Source: Mustelus asterias (Eukaryota). From it: DNA of 64,000 bases. Position 1 is the stretch's first letter; every line of letters starts with the position of its first letter. The stretch spans positions 113,894,001 through 113,958,000 of the forward strand of contig NC_135803.1 in assembly GCF_964213995.1 (NCBI RefSeq), written 5' to 3'. Positions 1-10,407 of this stretch are shown in pieces. The notes beneath the pieces are model-generated. The model saw only the letters and a program-made list of their open reading frames with translations, searched no databases and was not told where the DNA came from. A program made the translations under genes and the position numbers.

Positions 1-798
1 CCACTAATTCCTAAATATTAACCCATTTACAATGATTAATTGAATCTGTGTTTGCAGCATTGCATAACAGCACAGTGCCTCAGAGCAAGAAAAATCTGGT
101 TTTCTAATGTAATTTAACAAAGGCTAACAATGAAATGACTGTGAACATTAATTTTATTCCATTTTATGTGATCATTCGAGTTTGTTAATATTTATCAGTG
201 ATTCTTGTTTTGTTCTTTCTTAGAAATAATTTTATTTTGGATTGGTTTGTGTTTTCTGCTCTCTTTCTGGCGATCTATTGCTTTTCTTGCCATATTTCTT
301 CATGGGATATTGTTCCCTTATGACAAAATATATGCCCTGAGAATGTATAAAGCCTGGTTATTTAAAGAATCACAAGAAATGAACTCAACCAAAAGGGATA
401 GTTAAAACTTAAAATAGAAAGAGAGAGAGAAATGGAAGGCAATGTCATAAAGATCTTCACATCACATGGACTGAATGATTGATTGACTAGAGGCAGTGCA
501 GTGATGCAGAATCATGGATTAGCAGTGCACAGCATTGCACGCTGGTGGGGCACAGGTTATCTGCCCCAGTCTGATGGACTCTTGAGTAATGAGGAGTTGC
601 GAAGAATGTCATTTAACTCCACAGAGGAAACATTTCTTTTCAGTTACACCCACACAGCTCCCACTCAGATTCCTACAATTTCTACTTTTATTGCTAGTTA
701 TTGCGCTTCTATTCTGAATACAAAAGTAAACCTTTCCCGTTTCTATAAGCAATGCCATCGCTGACATTCTTTTCTGCTTCAGTTCAGTGGTCTACAAT

Positions 799-935
799 GG
801 GTGGAAGTTTCCGGCCATGCTCGCCCTAGAACTGGAAAATCCCGCACGAGGTCAACGGACCTTTGCATGGTCCCCCCCCCCCCCCCCCCCGCCCGTTACC
901 ATTCCCATGGCAGGCGGGACGGGAAAATTCCCCTC
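799..935. mobile_element. Harbinger-type MITE (~135 bp)
   Basis: Imperfect TIRs GGGTGGAAGTTT...AAAATTCCCCTC, 3-bp TSD AAT on both sides, internal poly-C. Same family as 3525-3637, 29515-29629 and 48094-48219. Confidence 0.7.
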
Positions 936-995
936 AATAGTTCATTCTGCTTTTCTATACTTTGTATCATTGGATTTTCAGGGTCAATTTTAAAC

Positions 996-1040
996 CAGTT
1001 CTGATGAAAGGTCACTGACCTGAAATATTAGACCTGTTTC
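996..1040 (+). ncRNA. Minimal hammerhead-ribozyme-like motif (Penelope-type), degenerate
   Basis: CTGATGA (1001-1007), stem II AGGTCA/TGACCT, GAAA (1022-1025), palindromic AATATT (possibly CpG-decayed AACGTT). Confidence 0.6.
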
Positions 1041-1380
1041 TTGCAGTATAAGGGATGAATCTAACTGTGCTAATATGCTAATCCGATACTCTGTACATCA
1101 TCACAAGAAGTGATGCAATATCACATGGCTTGCTGTCTCTCATGCAGCCTTGTGTAAGATGTAAGCAGCATAGTAAGATGTGTCTCAATAAAGCCCCTGG
1201 TTTATAGACCTCTGCAGGCTTAGTAAATACTCTGTATTAGTCAAACAATACCAAGAGTATTATATATCAGCGAGTGAAAGAATATTATGGAAAATTGTCT
1301 GCCTTTACTGGAAAGCTTTGAAAAACTCACAGCCAAGCAGAAGCATGGCTGAATTGTTATCAGAGAGTTGCCTGTTATCG

Positions 1381-2167
1381 ATGTGATGGATGTGATGCAT
1401 TTTGGAAGAAATAATATAGGGAGGAGTTATACAATAAATGGCAGAGTCATCAGGAGTATAGAAACACAGAGGGACCTAGGTGTGCAAGTCCACAAATCCT
1501 TGAAGGTGGCAACACAGGTGGAGAAGGTGGTGAAGAAGGCATATGGTATGCTTGCCTTTATAGGACGGGGTATAGAGTATAAAAGCTGGAGTCTGATGAT
1601 GCAGCTGTATAGAACGCTGGTTAGGCCACATTTGGAGTACTGCGTCCAGTTCTGGTCGCCGCACTACCAGAAGGACGTGGAGGCGTTAGAGAAAGCGCAG
1701 AGAAGGTTTACCAGGATGTTGCCTGGTATGGAGGGTCTTAGCTATGAGGAGAGATTGGGTAGACTGGGGTTGTTCTCCTTGGAAAGACGGAGAATGAGGG
1801 GAGATCTAATAGAGGTGTACAAGATTATGAAGGGTATAGATAGGGTGAACAGTGGGAAACTTTTTCCCAGGTCGGAGGTGACGATCACGAGGGGTCACGT
1901 GCTCAAGCTGAGAGGGGCGAAGTATAACTCAGACATCAGAGGGACGTTTTTTACACAGAGGGTGGTGGGGGCCTGGAATGCGCTGCCAAGTAGTGTGGTG
2001 GAGGCAGACACGCTGACATCGTTTAAGACTTACCTGGATAGTCACATGAGCAGCCTGGGAATGGAGGGATACAAACGATTGGTCTAGTTGGACCAAGGAG
2101 CGGCACAGGCTTGGAGGGCCGAAGGGCCTGTTTCCTGTGCTGTACTGTTCTTTGTTCTTTGTTCTTT
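1381..2167 (+). mobile_element. CR1 LINE, 5'-truncated 3' fragment, young
   Basis: Open ORF2 C-terminus (VMHFGR..RDLGVQV..LVRPHLEYCVQFWSP..FFTQRVVGAWNALP) to stop at 2087, 3' UTR, (TTCTTTG)n tail. Confidence 0.95.
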
Positions 2168-2407
2168 ATCTCACCATGAAGGAAAGCAGCAATGAAGTAA
2201 TCAAAGTCGACAAAATTTAACCAATGCACCCAGCGATAGGGGGGAAAGTGTTGATGCATTTATAAATGACCTGCATAGATTCGCGGAGAACTATGTATAT
2301 GGAACCTTAAGGATGAACTGATCAGATACAGAATTGCCACGGGACTGCTGGACAATGCCTTTTCTGACCACTTGCAATCAAGAGGTGATCTAACTTAGCA
2401 AAGGCAA

Positions 2408-2724
2408 GCTTCTCGGACTTTTGGCTAAGATCAAGTGTAGTATGGATAGGATGCTGCGCTTGGTTGAGGTCATTAGGTTACATTCAAGCTTCATATTCAT
2501 ATGAAGCAATTTTTTAAAGCGGCACCTCGGCCTTTTGGCTAAGATGCAAATGAGATCCAGCCTTGGAGGAGGAACTCTACCCTCCTCCAATCAGCTGGGC
2601 TCATGTAGATCTGGCCCAAGACAGGTGTGAAGGCCCTGTCTTGTCAGCCTGGATCGGGAATGTCTCAACTTGTTGAGACTCTGAATTGGACTTGATTTGA
2701 TTGAATTGGAAAAGTATTTTAAAA
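2408..2724 (+). mobile_element. U2 snRNA-headed SINE-like retroposon (SINEU-like)
   Basis: 2408-2443 matches U2 nt 4-39 at 35/36. Second U2 piece (nt 8-27) at 2526-2545. A/T-rich tail. Perfect 16-bp TSD AACTTAGCAAAGGCAA at 2392-2407 and 2725-2740. Confidence 0.85.
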
Positions 2725-3524
2725 AACTTAGCAAAGGCAAACCCAATTGATCAGACAGGCTGAGGTCAGGAAGCAAATTTGATGTGTTGAGGAAATCCTA
2801 TCTCAAAAGCAGCTGACTCAGTGGCGTATGAGTCTGTATGATTTAAGACCAGAGAACCTGTCATAAAAAGCATGGAAGAATCCATCAATAGCTGGGAAAA
2901 ACACAGGCATGACAACTGCCCTGCTGAAGCGGGCAAACGCCACTTATGCAGGAAGATGGGTCTCTTCCAGGTTGTTTGTTGTAGCAAGAAGCCTGTACAA
3001 AATACATACCAGTAGCCTTCAAATGGTGGCAAGCTCCATGAAGTAGATGATATCAATAATATTGAGATGCCTTTCCTTGGAGAGATCCAGAACCAAGCGG
3101 CAGCTACTAGTGTGCTGATATCCTTGGAGAGAGAAACAAGATGCACTTTATGTTAGACACAGGTGCAGCAGTTTCAGTTCTTTCTGATCCTGAACCGTGG
3201 TTGGAAAGGAGCTCCCTTCAGCCATCATGGAAAAACTGTACGGGCGAGGAGGGAAAAAGATCAAGGTCGTAGAAAAACAGAACAAAACCCTCCGATATCG
3301 AGAGAAATAAATGACAGGAGCATTCAGAATCACAGTTACTCACCCTTGAGCAGGAAGGTCTTTATCGACTCACATCTGATTTGCAGAGTGGAGGAACTGA
3401 AAAGCCGATTCAGCCTGAAAATTTCATAGCTGAATTTCTGCAGCTGTTCACAGGATTAGGAACACTGAAAACAGCATATCACATGACTCTACATCTACAT
3501 CCTGTCACTCACTCGGCACTTAGA

Positions 3525-3637
3525 GGGTGGGATTTTATGGCCGCGCTTGCCCCAATACCTGAGGTCAATGGACCTTTGCATGGTCATGTCCCACCCGCTA
3601 CGATTCCCATGACGGGCAGGACGGGAAAATTCCACCC
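3525..3637. mobile_element. Harbinger-type MITE
   Basis: TIRs GGGTGGGATTTT / AAAATTCCACCC, TSD AGA. Confidence 0.75.
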
Positions 3638-3829
3638 AGAATCTTTGCTGTAAAATTCCGCCACAAACTCTTTATACCAGGAGGCAGGCGTTCATTATCT
3701 TCACCGTGGAGCATTGATTGCTGTGACACCTTAAATGCCCATTCGATCACTGGTATCCACATCAATGAGGGCAGCAGTCTGAGACAGCATGGCACAGATT
3801 TCAGACCTCTGTCAGAGGTTCCACTGTAA

Positions 3830-4150
3830 CACTCAGATGTTCGGTGCCTTTTGCTTGAACTGCAGTGAAAGCTGAGACATCAGATGCTGCATCAACTGTT
3901 CTGGGAGTTGGCCACCACATGCACATTGGAAAAGATAAGTTTCAAGCTCTGCGTTAAAACCCATGTTCTTTAACAGTGACTGCGAGCTTTTTGCTAGATC
4001 TGTCAATGCACCAAACATTTCTGTATGCAATCCCATCAGCCTTGTTCTGTGCACCACCCCACTGGTATCCTCAATTTAGTCCTTTACAGCAGAATCTGCA
4101 GCAGAATCCAGGGAGGCCTGGCACAGATGCTATCCTTTCCCCCTACCCTG
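3830..4150 (-). pseudogene. Possible remnant of a Harbinger accessory (Myb/SANT-like) ORF
   Basis: Peptide RTRLMGLHTEMFGALTDLAKSSQSLLKNM resembles, from recall, a coiled-coil segment of shark Harbinger-derived proteins; heavily decayed. Confidence 0.3.
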
Positions 4151-5023
4151 ATTGCAACTCACTCCAAAGGTCTGAAGTAAGAGGCAGGAATGCATAGAGA
4201 ACAATATGGCTGTTGGAGCATCTGCACAATGCACAGTTGTCATGGCTCTCAAACCCACAGTAAGAAATGAACAGTTGAGAGGGATGGAGCAGGCCATCTC
4301 TGAAATTTGAGGTTAGGTTGTAATTGTGTACAACAAAATTGCCACTCCAACCTCCAGCGAGAGAAATGTAAAACAAAGCATGTCGTCACAGCAGATCCAA
4401 CATAATAAACTTAATTTTAAATGTCTAACATATTTTTTAAATTTTGAATTAAACCAAATTGAAGTCACACACTTGAATCAGATAACTGCAATAGTATATG
4501 TGTCAACATTTATTCCACTTTTTAAGGACAAGTTGTAAGGCTTGTGACATTGTTGTTCCTGGGTCCTGTCTCTTCTACTTGTGGAATAAGAATGGTATTC
4601 AACAAATTCACAGAAACAACCTCCCACTATCCAAACACTAGGGACTGGAGAGAAAATGACAAACAAATATGTAGAAAGAAAAGAAATGCATGTGGACAAT
4701 AATTCCTTGCTTATTAGGATGGCAATTGGCAATGCAAAAGTAGAGATAAATGGACATATTTCAGATGTGATTCATTTTGAATTTACTGAAAGGATATGAC
4801 TTTGAAGGAAGTTGTGGCTGATAGTTATAGTCTTCTATTATTTTGAGTTTGGATGCAGCTGTAGTACTTTACATTTCATGCAGCAAAAATTAGAATTTGA
4901 GCATTACATTCAGATGACTAAAAACGTGTGGGAATATATATAGTCAGGCAGTGGTATTCATGGTAATTTGAGATCTTACTATTTTACTTTAGACTTTGAT
5001 GTAACATTGTTGGCAAACATTAC

Positions 5024-5480
5024 GGGAGCAATTCTCCCAAATGGCCGGGAGACTCAAGTGGAGGCCGTATAGCTGGCTCCCCGTTGGGCGCCATGGCCTT
5101 CACGAGCCTCTGGCTGCCAGATTTCTGGTGCTGTCAGCTCAGTGCCAGAAATCGGCGTGGAGCTGTATAAATGATTGAAATAGGCATTTGAGCACTGAGG
5201 GAGGGCCACTAGAGTTCACACCCGCCTCAGCAGGAGTGTTCCACTCCAGCAGTGTTTACAATAGCTCCCCGCTGGCGAGGAGCTGGCGGCCTAACCTCGC
5301 TGGAGTGAAGGATGGCAATGGAGGCCCCCCAGGAGGTTGGGGGTAAAGGGGGGGAGGGGTTCCCGGGGTTCCCCCTGGGCATTGCCAGCTTGGCAATGCC
5401 AGCCTGGCTCTCTGGCACTGCACAAGGGGTAAAATGACAATGCCCAAGGGGGCACCTTGGCACTGCCCACCGGGCATCGG
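5024..5480. mobile_element. Non-autonomous Harbinger-like element (GC-rich), partial
   Basis: Terminus GGGAGCAATTCTCCCAAA; internal TGCCCAAGGGGGCACCTTGGCACTGCCCA shared with 38680-38740 and 59960-60050. Confidence 0.5.
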
Positions 5481-6067
5481 GCAGTGAGGTTATGGGAATA
5501 GGACTTGGACGGGATTGTTGTCGGTGCAGGCTCGACATGCTGAATGGCCTCTTTGCACTGCAGGGATTCGATGATTCTATAAATCGTTACTTGGCTGCAC
5601 TACTCTTCAAATTCAATGGTTGATCTCCTTCTCTCAAATAACAATATGTATGCTCACCTATCACAGTAGCTAATGCCGCATTTACCTCCATAAACATAGA
5701 AACTAGAAGCAGGAGTAGGCCATTCGGCCCTTCGAGCCTGCTCCACCATTCATTTTGATCATGACTGATCATCAAATTCAATATCCTGATCCTCCCTTCC
5801 CCCCATATCACTTTCGCCCTTTAGCCCCTAGAGCTATATCTAATTTTATCTTGAAATCAGACAACGTTTTGGCCTCAGCTACATTCTGTGGTAGTGAATT
5901 CCATACATTCACCACCCTCTGGGTGAAGAAATTTCTCCTCACCTCAGTTCTAAAAGGTTTACCTTTTATCCTCAAACTATGACTCCTAGTTCTGGACTCC
6001 CCCACCATCGGGAACATTCTGTCTGAATCGACCCTGTCTAACCCTGTTAGAATTTTATAAGTTTCTT

Positions 6068-6427
6068 AGAATCTTAGAATCTTAGAATCTTAGAAATCCT
6101 ACAGCACAGAAAGAGGCCATTTGGCCCATCGAGTCTGCACCGACCACAATCCCACCCAGGCCCTACCCCCATATCCCTACATATTTACCCACTAATCCCT
6201 CTAACCTACGCATCCCAGGACACTAAGGGCAATTTTTTAGCATAGCCAATCAACCTAACCCGCACATCTTTGGACTGTGGGAGGAAACCGGAGCACCCGG
6301 AGGAAACCCACGCAGACACAAGGAGAATGTGCAAACTCCACACAGACAGTGACCCGAGCCGGGAATCGAACCCAGGTCCCTGGAGCTGTGAAGCAGCAGT
6401 GCTAACCACTGTGCTACCGTGCCGCCC
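6068..6427 (-). mobile_element. HE1-type V-SINE with CR1/HER1 tail, inserted in CR1
   Basis: tRNA-like head GGGCGGCACGGTAGCACAGTGGTTAGC, B-box GGTTCGATTCC, V-domain GTGTGGAGTTTGCAC..GGGTTTCCTCCGGGTGCTCCGGTTTCC, tandem (AGATTCTA)n tail. Confidence 0.92.
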
Positions 6428-8121
6428 ATGAGATTCTATGAGATACCCTCTCAATCTTCTAAACTCCACTGAATATAATCCTAACCAATTTAGTCTCTCC
6501 ACATATGACAGACCTGCCATTCCAGGAATCAGCCTGGTAAACTTTCGCTGTATGCCCTCTATAGCAAAGACATCCTTCCTCAGATAAGGATGCCTAAACT
6601 GCACACAATACTCCAGGTGTGGCCTCACCAATGCACTATATAATTGCAGGAAAACATCTCTAATACTATACTCAAATCCTCTCGCTATGAGGGCCAACAC
6701 ACCATTTGCCTTTTTGACTGCCTGCTGTACCTGCGCGCTTACTTTCAGCAACTGATACACGAGGGCACCAAGGTCTCGTTGAGCATCCACCGCTCTCAAT
6801 TTTCACTCATTCAAGTAATAATCTGTCTTCCTATTATTGCTAACCTCACATTTATCCATATTATACTGCATCTGCCATGCCTACACACTCAGCCTGTCCA
6901 AATCACGCTGAAGCATCTCTGCATCCTCCTCACAGCTCACTCTCCCACCCAACTTTGTATCATCTGCAAATCTGGAGATAGTACATTCAGTTCCCTCTTC
7001 AAAATCAGTAATATATAATGTGAACATAATGTGTCTCCGCACAGATCCCTGCAGAACCCCACTAGTCAGTGACTGCCAATCAAATTATGCCAATTTATGC
7101 CAACTCTTTGTTTCCTATCTGCTAGCCAGCTTTCTATCCGTCTCAAGACATTACCTGCAATCCCATGTGCTTTAACTTTCCATAGTAGTTTGTTATGTGA
7201 GACCTTGCTGAAAGCCTTCTAAAAATCTAAATAAACCACATCCACTGGTTCTCCTCGGTCAACTTTAATAATTACATCCTCAAAGAAGTCCAATAGATTC
7301 ACCAAGCATGATTTCCCTTTTGCAAATCCATGCTGACTTTGTCAGATTATACCACTGCCTTCCAAATGCTGAGTTATGAAATCCTTGATAATGGATTCCA
7401 GCAACTTCCCCAGTACCGATATCAGGCTCACTGGTCTATAGTTCCCTGTTTTCTCTCAACCTCCTTTTTTGAATAGTGGGCTTAAATTAGCTACCCTCCA
7501 ATCTGTAGGAACCAGTCCAGAGATCAAAGAATTTTGGAAAATAACCACCAATGGATCTACAATTTCCAGGGCCACTTCCTTAAGTACTCTGGGATGAAGA
7601 TTATCAGGACATGGAGATTTCTCCACCTTCAATCCCATCAATTTCCCCAAAACCATTTCTCTACTGATTCTGATTTCTTTCAGCTCCTCAATAAAACTTG
7701 TTTCTCTCAGAACTTCTGGTACATTATTCATGTCTTCCTTTGTGAAGACTGAAGCAAAGTACAAATGTAATTCCTCGGCCATTTCTTTATTCCCCGTTAT
7801 GAATTCTCCCGTTTCTGACTGTAAGGGGCATGCATTCATTTTTGTCAATCTTTTTCTCTTTACATACCAATAGAAACTTTTAGAGTCAGTTTTTATATTC
7901 CCCTCTAACTTACTTTCATACTTTATTTTTCCCTTCTTACTCAATCCATTGGACCTCTTTTGCTGAATTTTAAACTGCTCCCAATCCTCAGGCCTATTGC
8001 TTTTTCTTGCCAATTTGTATGCTTCTTCCTTGAATCTGATACTGTCTCTAATTTCCTTTGTAAGCCATGGTTTGGCCACAATTCCCTTACCACTCTTGCA
8101 CCAAGCAGGAATAAACAACTT

Positions 8122-8319
8122 CTGAATTTTACTGTCTCGCCCCCCCCCCCCCCCCCCAAGGCTCGTAAGATCCTGCCCGAGACCAAAGGAGAATGCTGTT
8201 CTGTCTCCCACCCCCTCCCTCTTCCCCCCTGAGGCTTGTAAGATCCGTCCTGAGACCAATGGAGAATGCCGTTCTATGAGCCTTGCTTTCCGGGGCAGGC
8301 ATGCCAGTAAAATTCCGGC
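8122..8319. mobile_element. Harbinger-type MITE with internal duplication, inside CR1
   Basis: TIR GAATTTTACTG / CAGTAAAATTC; GTAAGATCC..GAGACCAA.GGAGAATGC.GTTCT present twice; poly-C run. Confidence 0.7.
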
Positions 8320-9206
8320 TCTGGAGTTCATCTATTCGTTCTCTAAATGCCTGCCATTGCCTGTCCACTGTTTTTCCTTTCAGTAATGTTTCCCAGTCCA
8401 TCATGGCCAATTCATGCCTCATACCATCATATTTACCTTTATTGAGATTCAGGATTCTGAGCTCAGAATCAATTACATCATTATCCACCTTGACAAAAAA
8501 TTCTACCATATTATGGTCACTCATCCCTAAGGATTGGCAACTAGATTGCCAACTAATCCTTTCTCATTGCACAACACCCAGTCCAAGATTGCCTGTTCTC
8601 TTGTTGGTTCCTCAATGTATTGCTCCAGAAAACCATCCCATATGCACTCCAGAAATTCTACCTCTATTGTACTGTGACTAATTTGACTCTCCCAGTCTAT
8701 ATGCAGATTAGTGTCACCCATAATCACAGATGTTCCTTTAACACATGCATCTCTGATTTCCTGTCTAATGCTCTTCCCAATATTACCAATACAGTTTGGT
8801 GCTCTGTCAACCAGCCCACCAATGTTTTTTGTCCCTTGTTGTTTCTTAACTCAACCCATACAGATGCCACATAATCTATGTTAATATCTTTCCTCAATAT
8901 GGTATCAATATCATCTTTGATCAACAATGCAACTCCACCATCTTCTCCTTTCTGTCTGTCCTTCCTAAACACCAAATAGCCCTCAATGTTTAGTTCCATC
9001 CTTGGTCATACCTGGAGCATTACTTTTATTATACAGTGAAGGGATATTTAAATCATTGGTGGTAGACTCTTTCACATTTTACACGGATGATGCATTATTT
9101 AATCAGTCACTTGGTAGACTTGACTTGGCTCTGCACCTATGCCCTAAATGGCTTCTCCCATGACAGAAAAACACTCAGCCTCCTTAAACCTGCAGATTGA
9201 GAGAGT

Positions 9207-9375
9207 GGTTTAAGTTTAAGTTAAACTTTATTTATTAGTGTCACGTAGGCTTTCATTAACATTACAATGAAGTTACTATGAAAATCCCCTAGTCGCCACA
9301 CTCCAGCACCTGTTCAGGTACACTGAGGGAGAATCTAGCATGGCCAATGCACCAACTAGCATGTCTTTCGGACGT
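9207..9375 (-). mobile_element. V-SINE 3' part, alternative-tail subfamily
   Basis: Reverse complement of CTCCCTCAGTGTACC..GTGTGGCGACTAGGGGATTTTCA..AATAAATAAAGTTTAA tail, as in 16440-16720. Confidence 0.75.
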
Positions 9376-9389
9376 TACCTCCATATTGG

Positions 9390-10407
9390 TAACATTCCAC
9401 TCCAAACTTTGCAGATTAATTGCCTCTTCTAAATCTTGTCTTATTTGTGGCTGATCTTGTTTCCTGCCTCATGGTGACTTCTTCAGTTTTGGCATGACTG
9501 CTAACTGTAGGTTTCACCATAACTGGTATATGGCATCATTTTGTGTGCTCTGGAACTCTTGGGCACCTTTTCCAGTGCTTTCCATTGCCTGCACTATCTC
9601 CATTGCTTGTTTAAAATATGTATCAACCTCTGCAAGTAATCTCCATTGAATTGTCTCATTATTCACCCCGCAGATTAATTTGTCCCATAACATATCATTC
9701 AATGCGGCTCCAAAATTGCAATGCCCCAATATCTGCTTCAGTTTAGTGATATAAGTTGCAATTGTTTTACCTGGGGCTCTCTCCCTTGAATTAAACTTGA
9801 ATCTCTGACTGATCTGTTTAGGCTTGAAATGTGACTTTGCCAATTCCTTGAGCTCATTGAATGATCAGGAGTCTGGCGCACTTGGTGGCTGTGAGACTGC
9901 AAATCACATTAAAAGTGTGTGTGTTCAACATTGTCTCAGGAGAATTGCCTTGTACTTCGCCTCGTCCCCTATTTCATTTGCTTGGAAGTGATACCCAAGG
10001 CGCTCTACATATTATGTCCAGTCCTCTGCTGAGGAGTCAAATGGATCTATCTGTCCAAAGAGGTTTGGGGGGGGGGGGGAGCGGGGGGGAGGAGAGTGGC
10101 TTCATGAAAAGTACTCTTTTATTTTCTCAACTTTACTCAACTTCAATGTAAACTAGATTCTCACAGTCTGAGGATTTCCTTTTATTTATCTTTGTCGCCA
10201 AATTTAGGGAAAACACAGCTCATTTATTAAAGTTTAAAAGTACACAGAGACTTGCCGCCTCATGGTTGCAATTAGCTCCCAAGGTGACTCTGAGTACAGA
10301 AGCCCACGCTTACCAGGGTGATTCCCTTCACCCTGTTACCTGATTGATTCCCTGGGACATTCGACCCTTTCGCGACACATTGATCCTTAAAGGAACAATC
10401 ACCACAT
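9390..10407 (-). mobile_element. Decayed Gypsy element: LTR, PBS and gag
   Basis: LTR ~10202-10407; PBS-like TGGCGACAA on minus strand at 10192-10200; gag peptide QRFKFNSRERAPGKTIATYITKLK..CNFG..DKLICGVNNETIQWRLLAE (9514-9843). Confidence 0.8.

Larger units (their letters stand above)
1040..3515 (+). mobile_element. Decayed Gypsy LTR retrotransposon (LTR, gag, protease, start of RT), interrupted by a CR1 and the U2-headed SINE
   Basis: LTR-like segment with AATAAA (~1040-1265). Frameshifted gag-like peptide GESVDAFINDLHRFAEN..DELIRYRI..LAKATQLIRQAEVRKQ (2230-2780), protease LDTGAAVSV (~3153), EFLQLFTGLGTLKTAYHMTL (~3430-3490). Confidence 0.7.
5692..9010 (-). mobile_element. CR1 LINE (endonuclease through 3' end), decayed, with SINE and MITE insertions
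   Basis: Minus-strand peptides GYLVFRKDRQKGEDGGVALLIK, MGDTNL..EPTREQAILDWVL, SDHNMVEF, PWLTKEIR, DWRVANLSPLFKKG, LVRPHLEYCVQF, RRNFFTQRVVNVWNSLP; 3' UTR tail at ~5692. Confidence 0.9.

Noticed and set aside
2408-2443. Functional U2 snRNA gene
   Set aside because: Only nt 4-39 are present; there is no U2 3' domain or upstream PSE, and it lies inside a TSD-flanked insertion.
7456-8331. 291-aa ORF as a novel protein
   Set aside because: MITE read-through into decayed CR1 ORF2.
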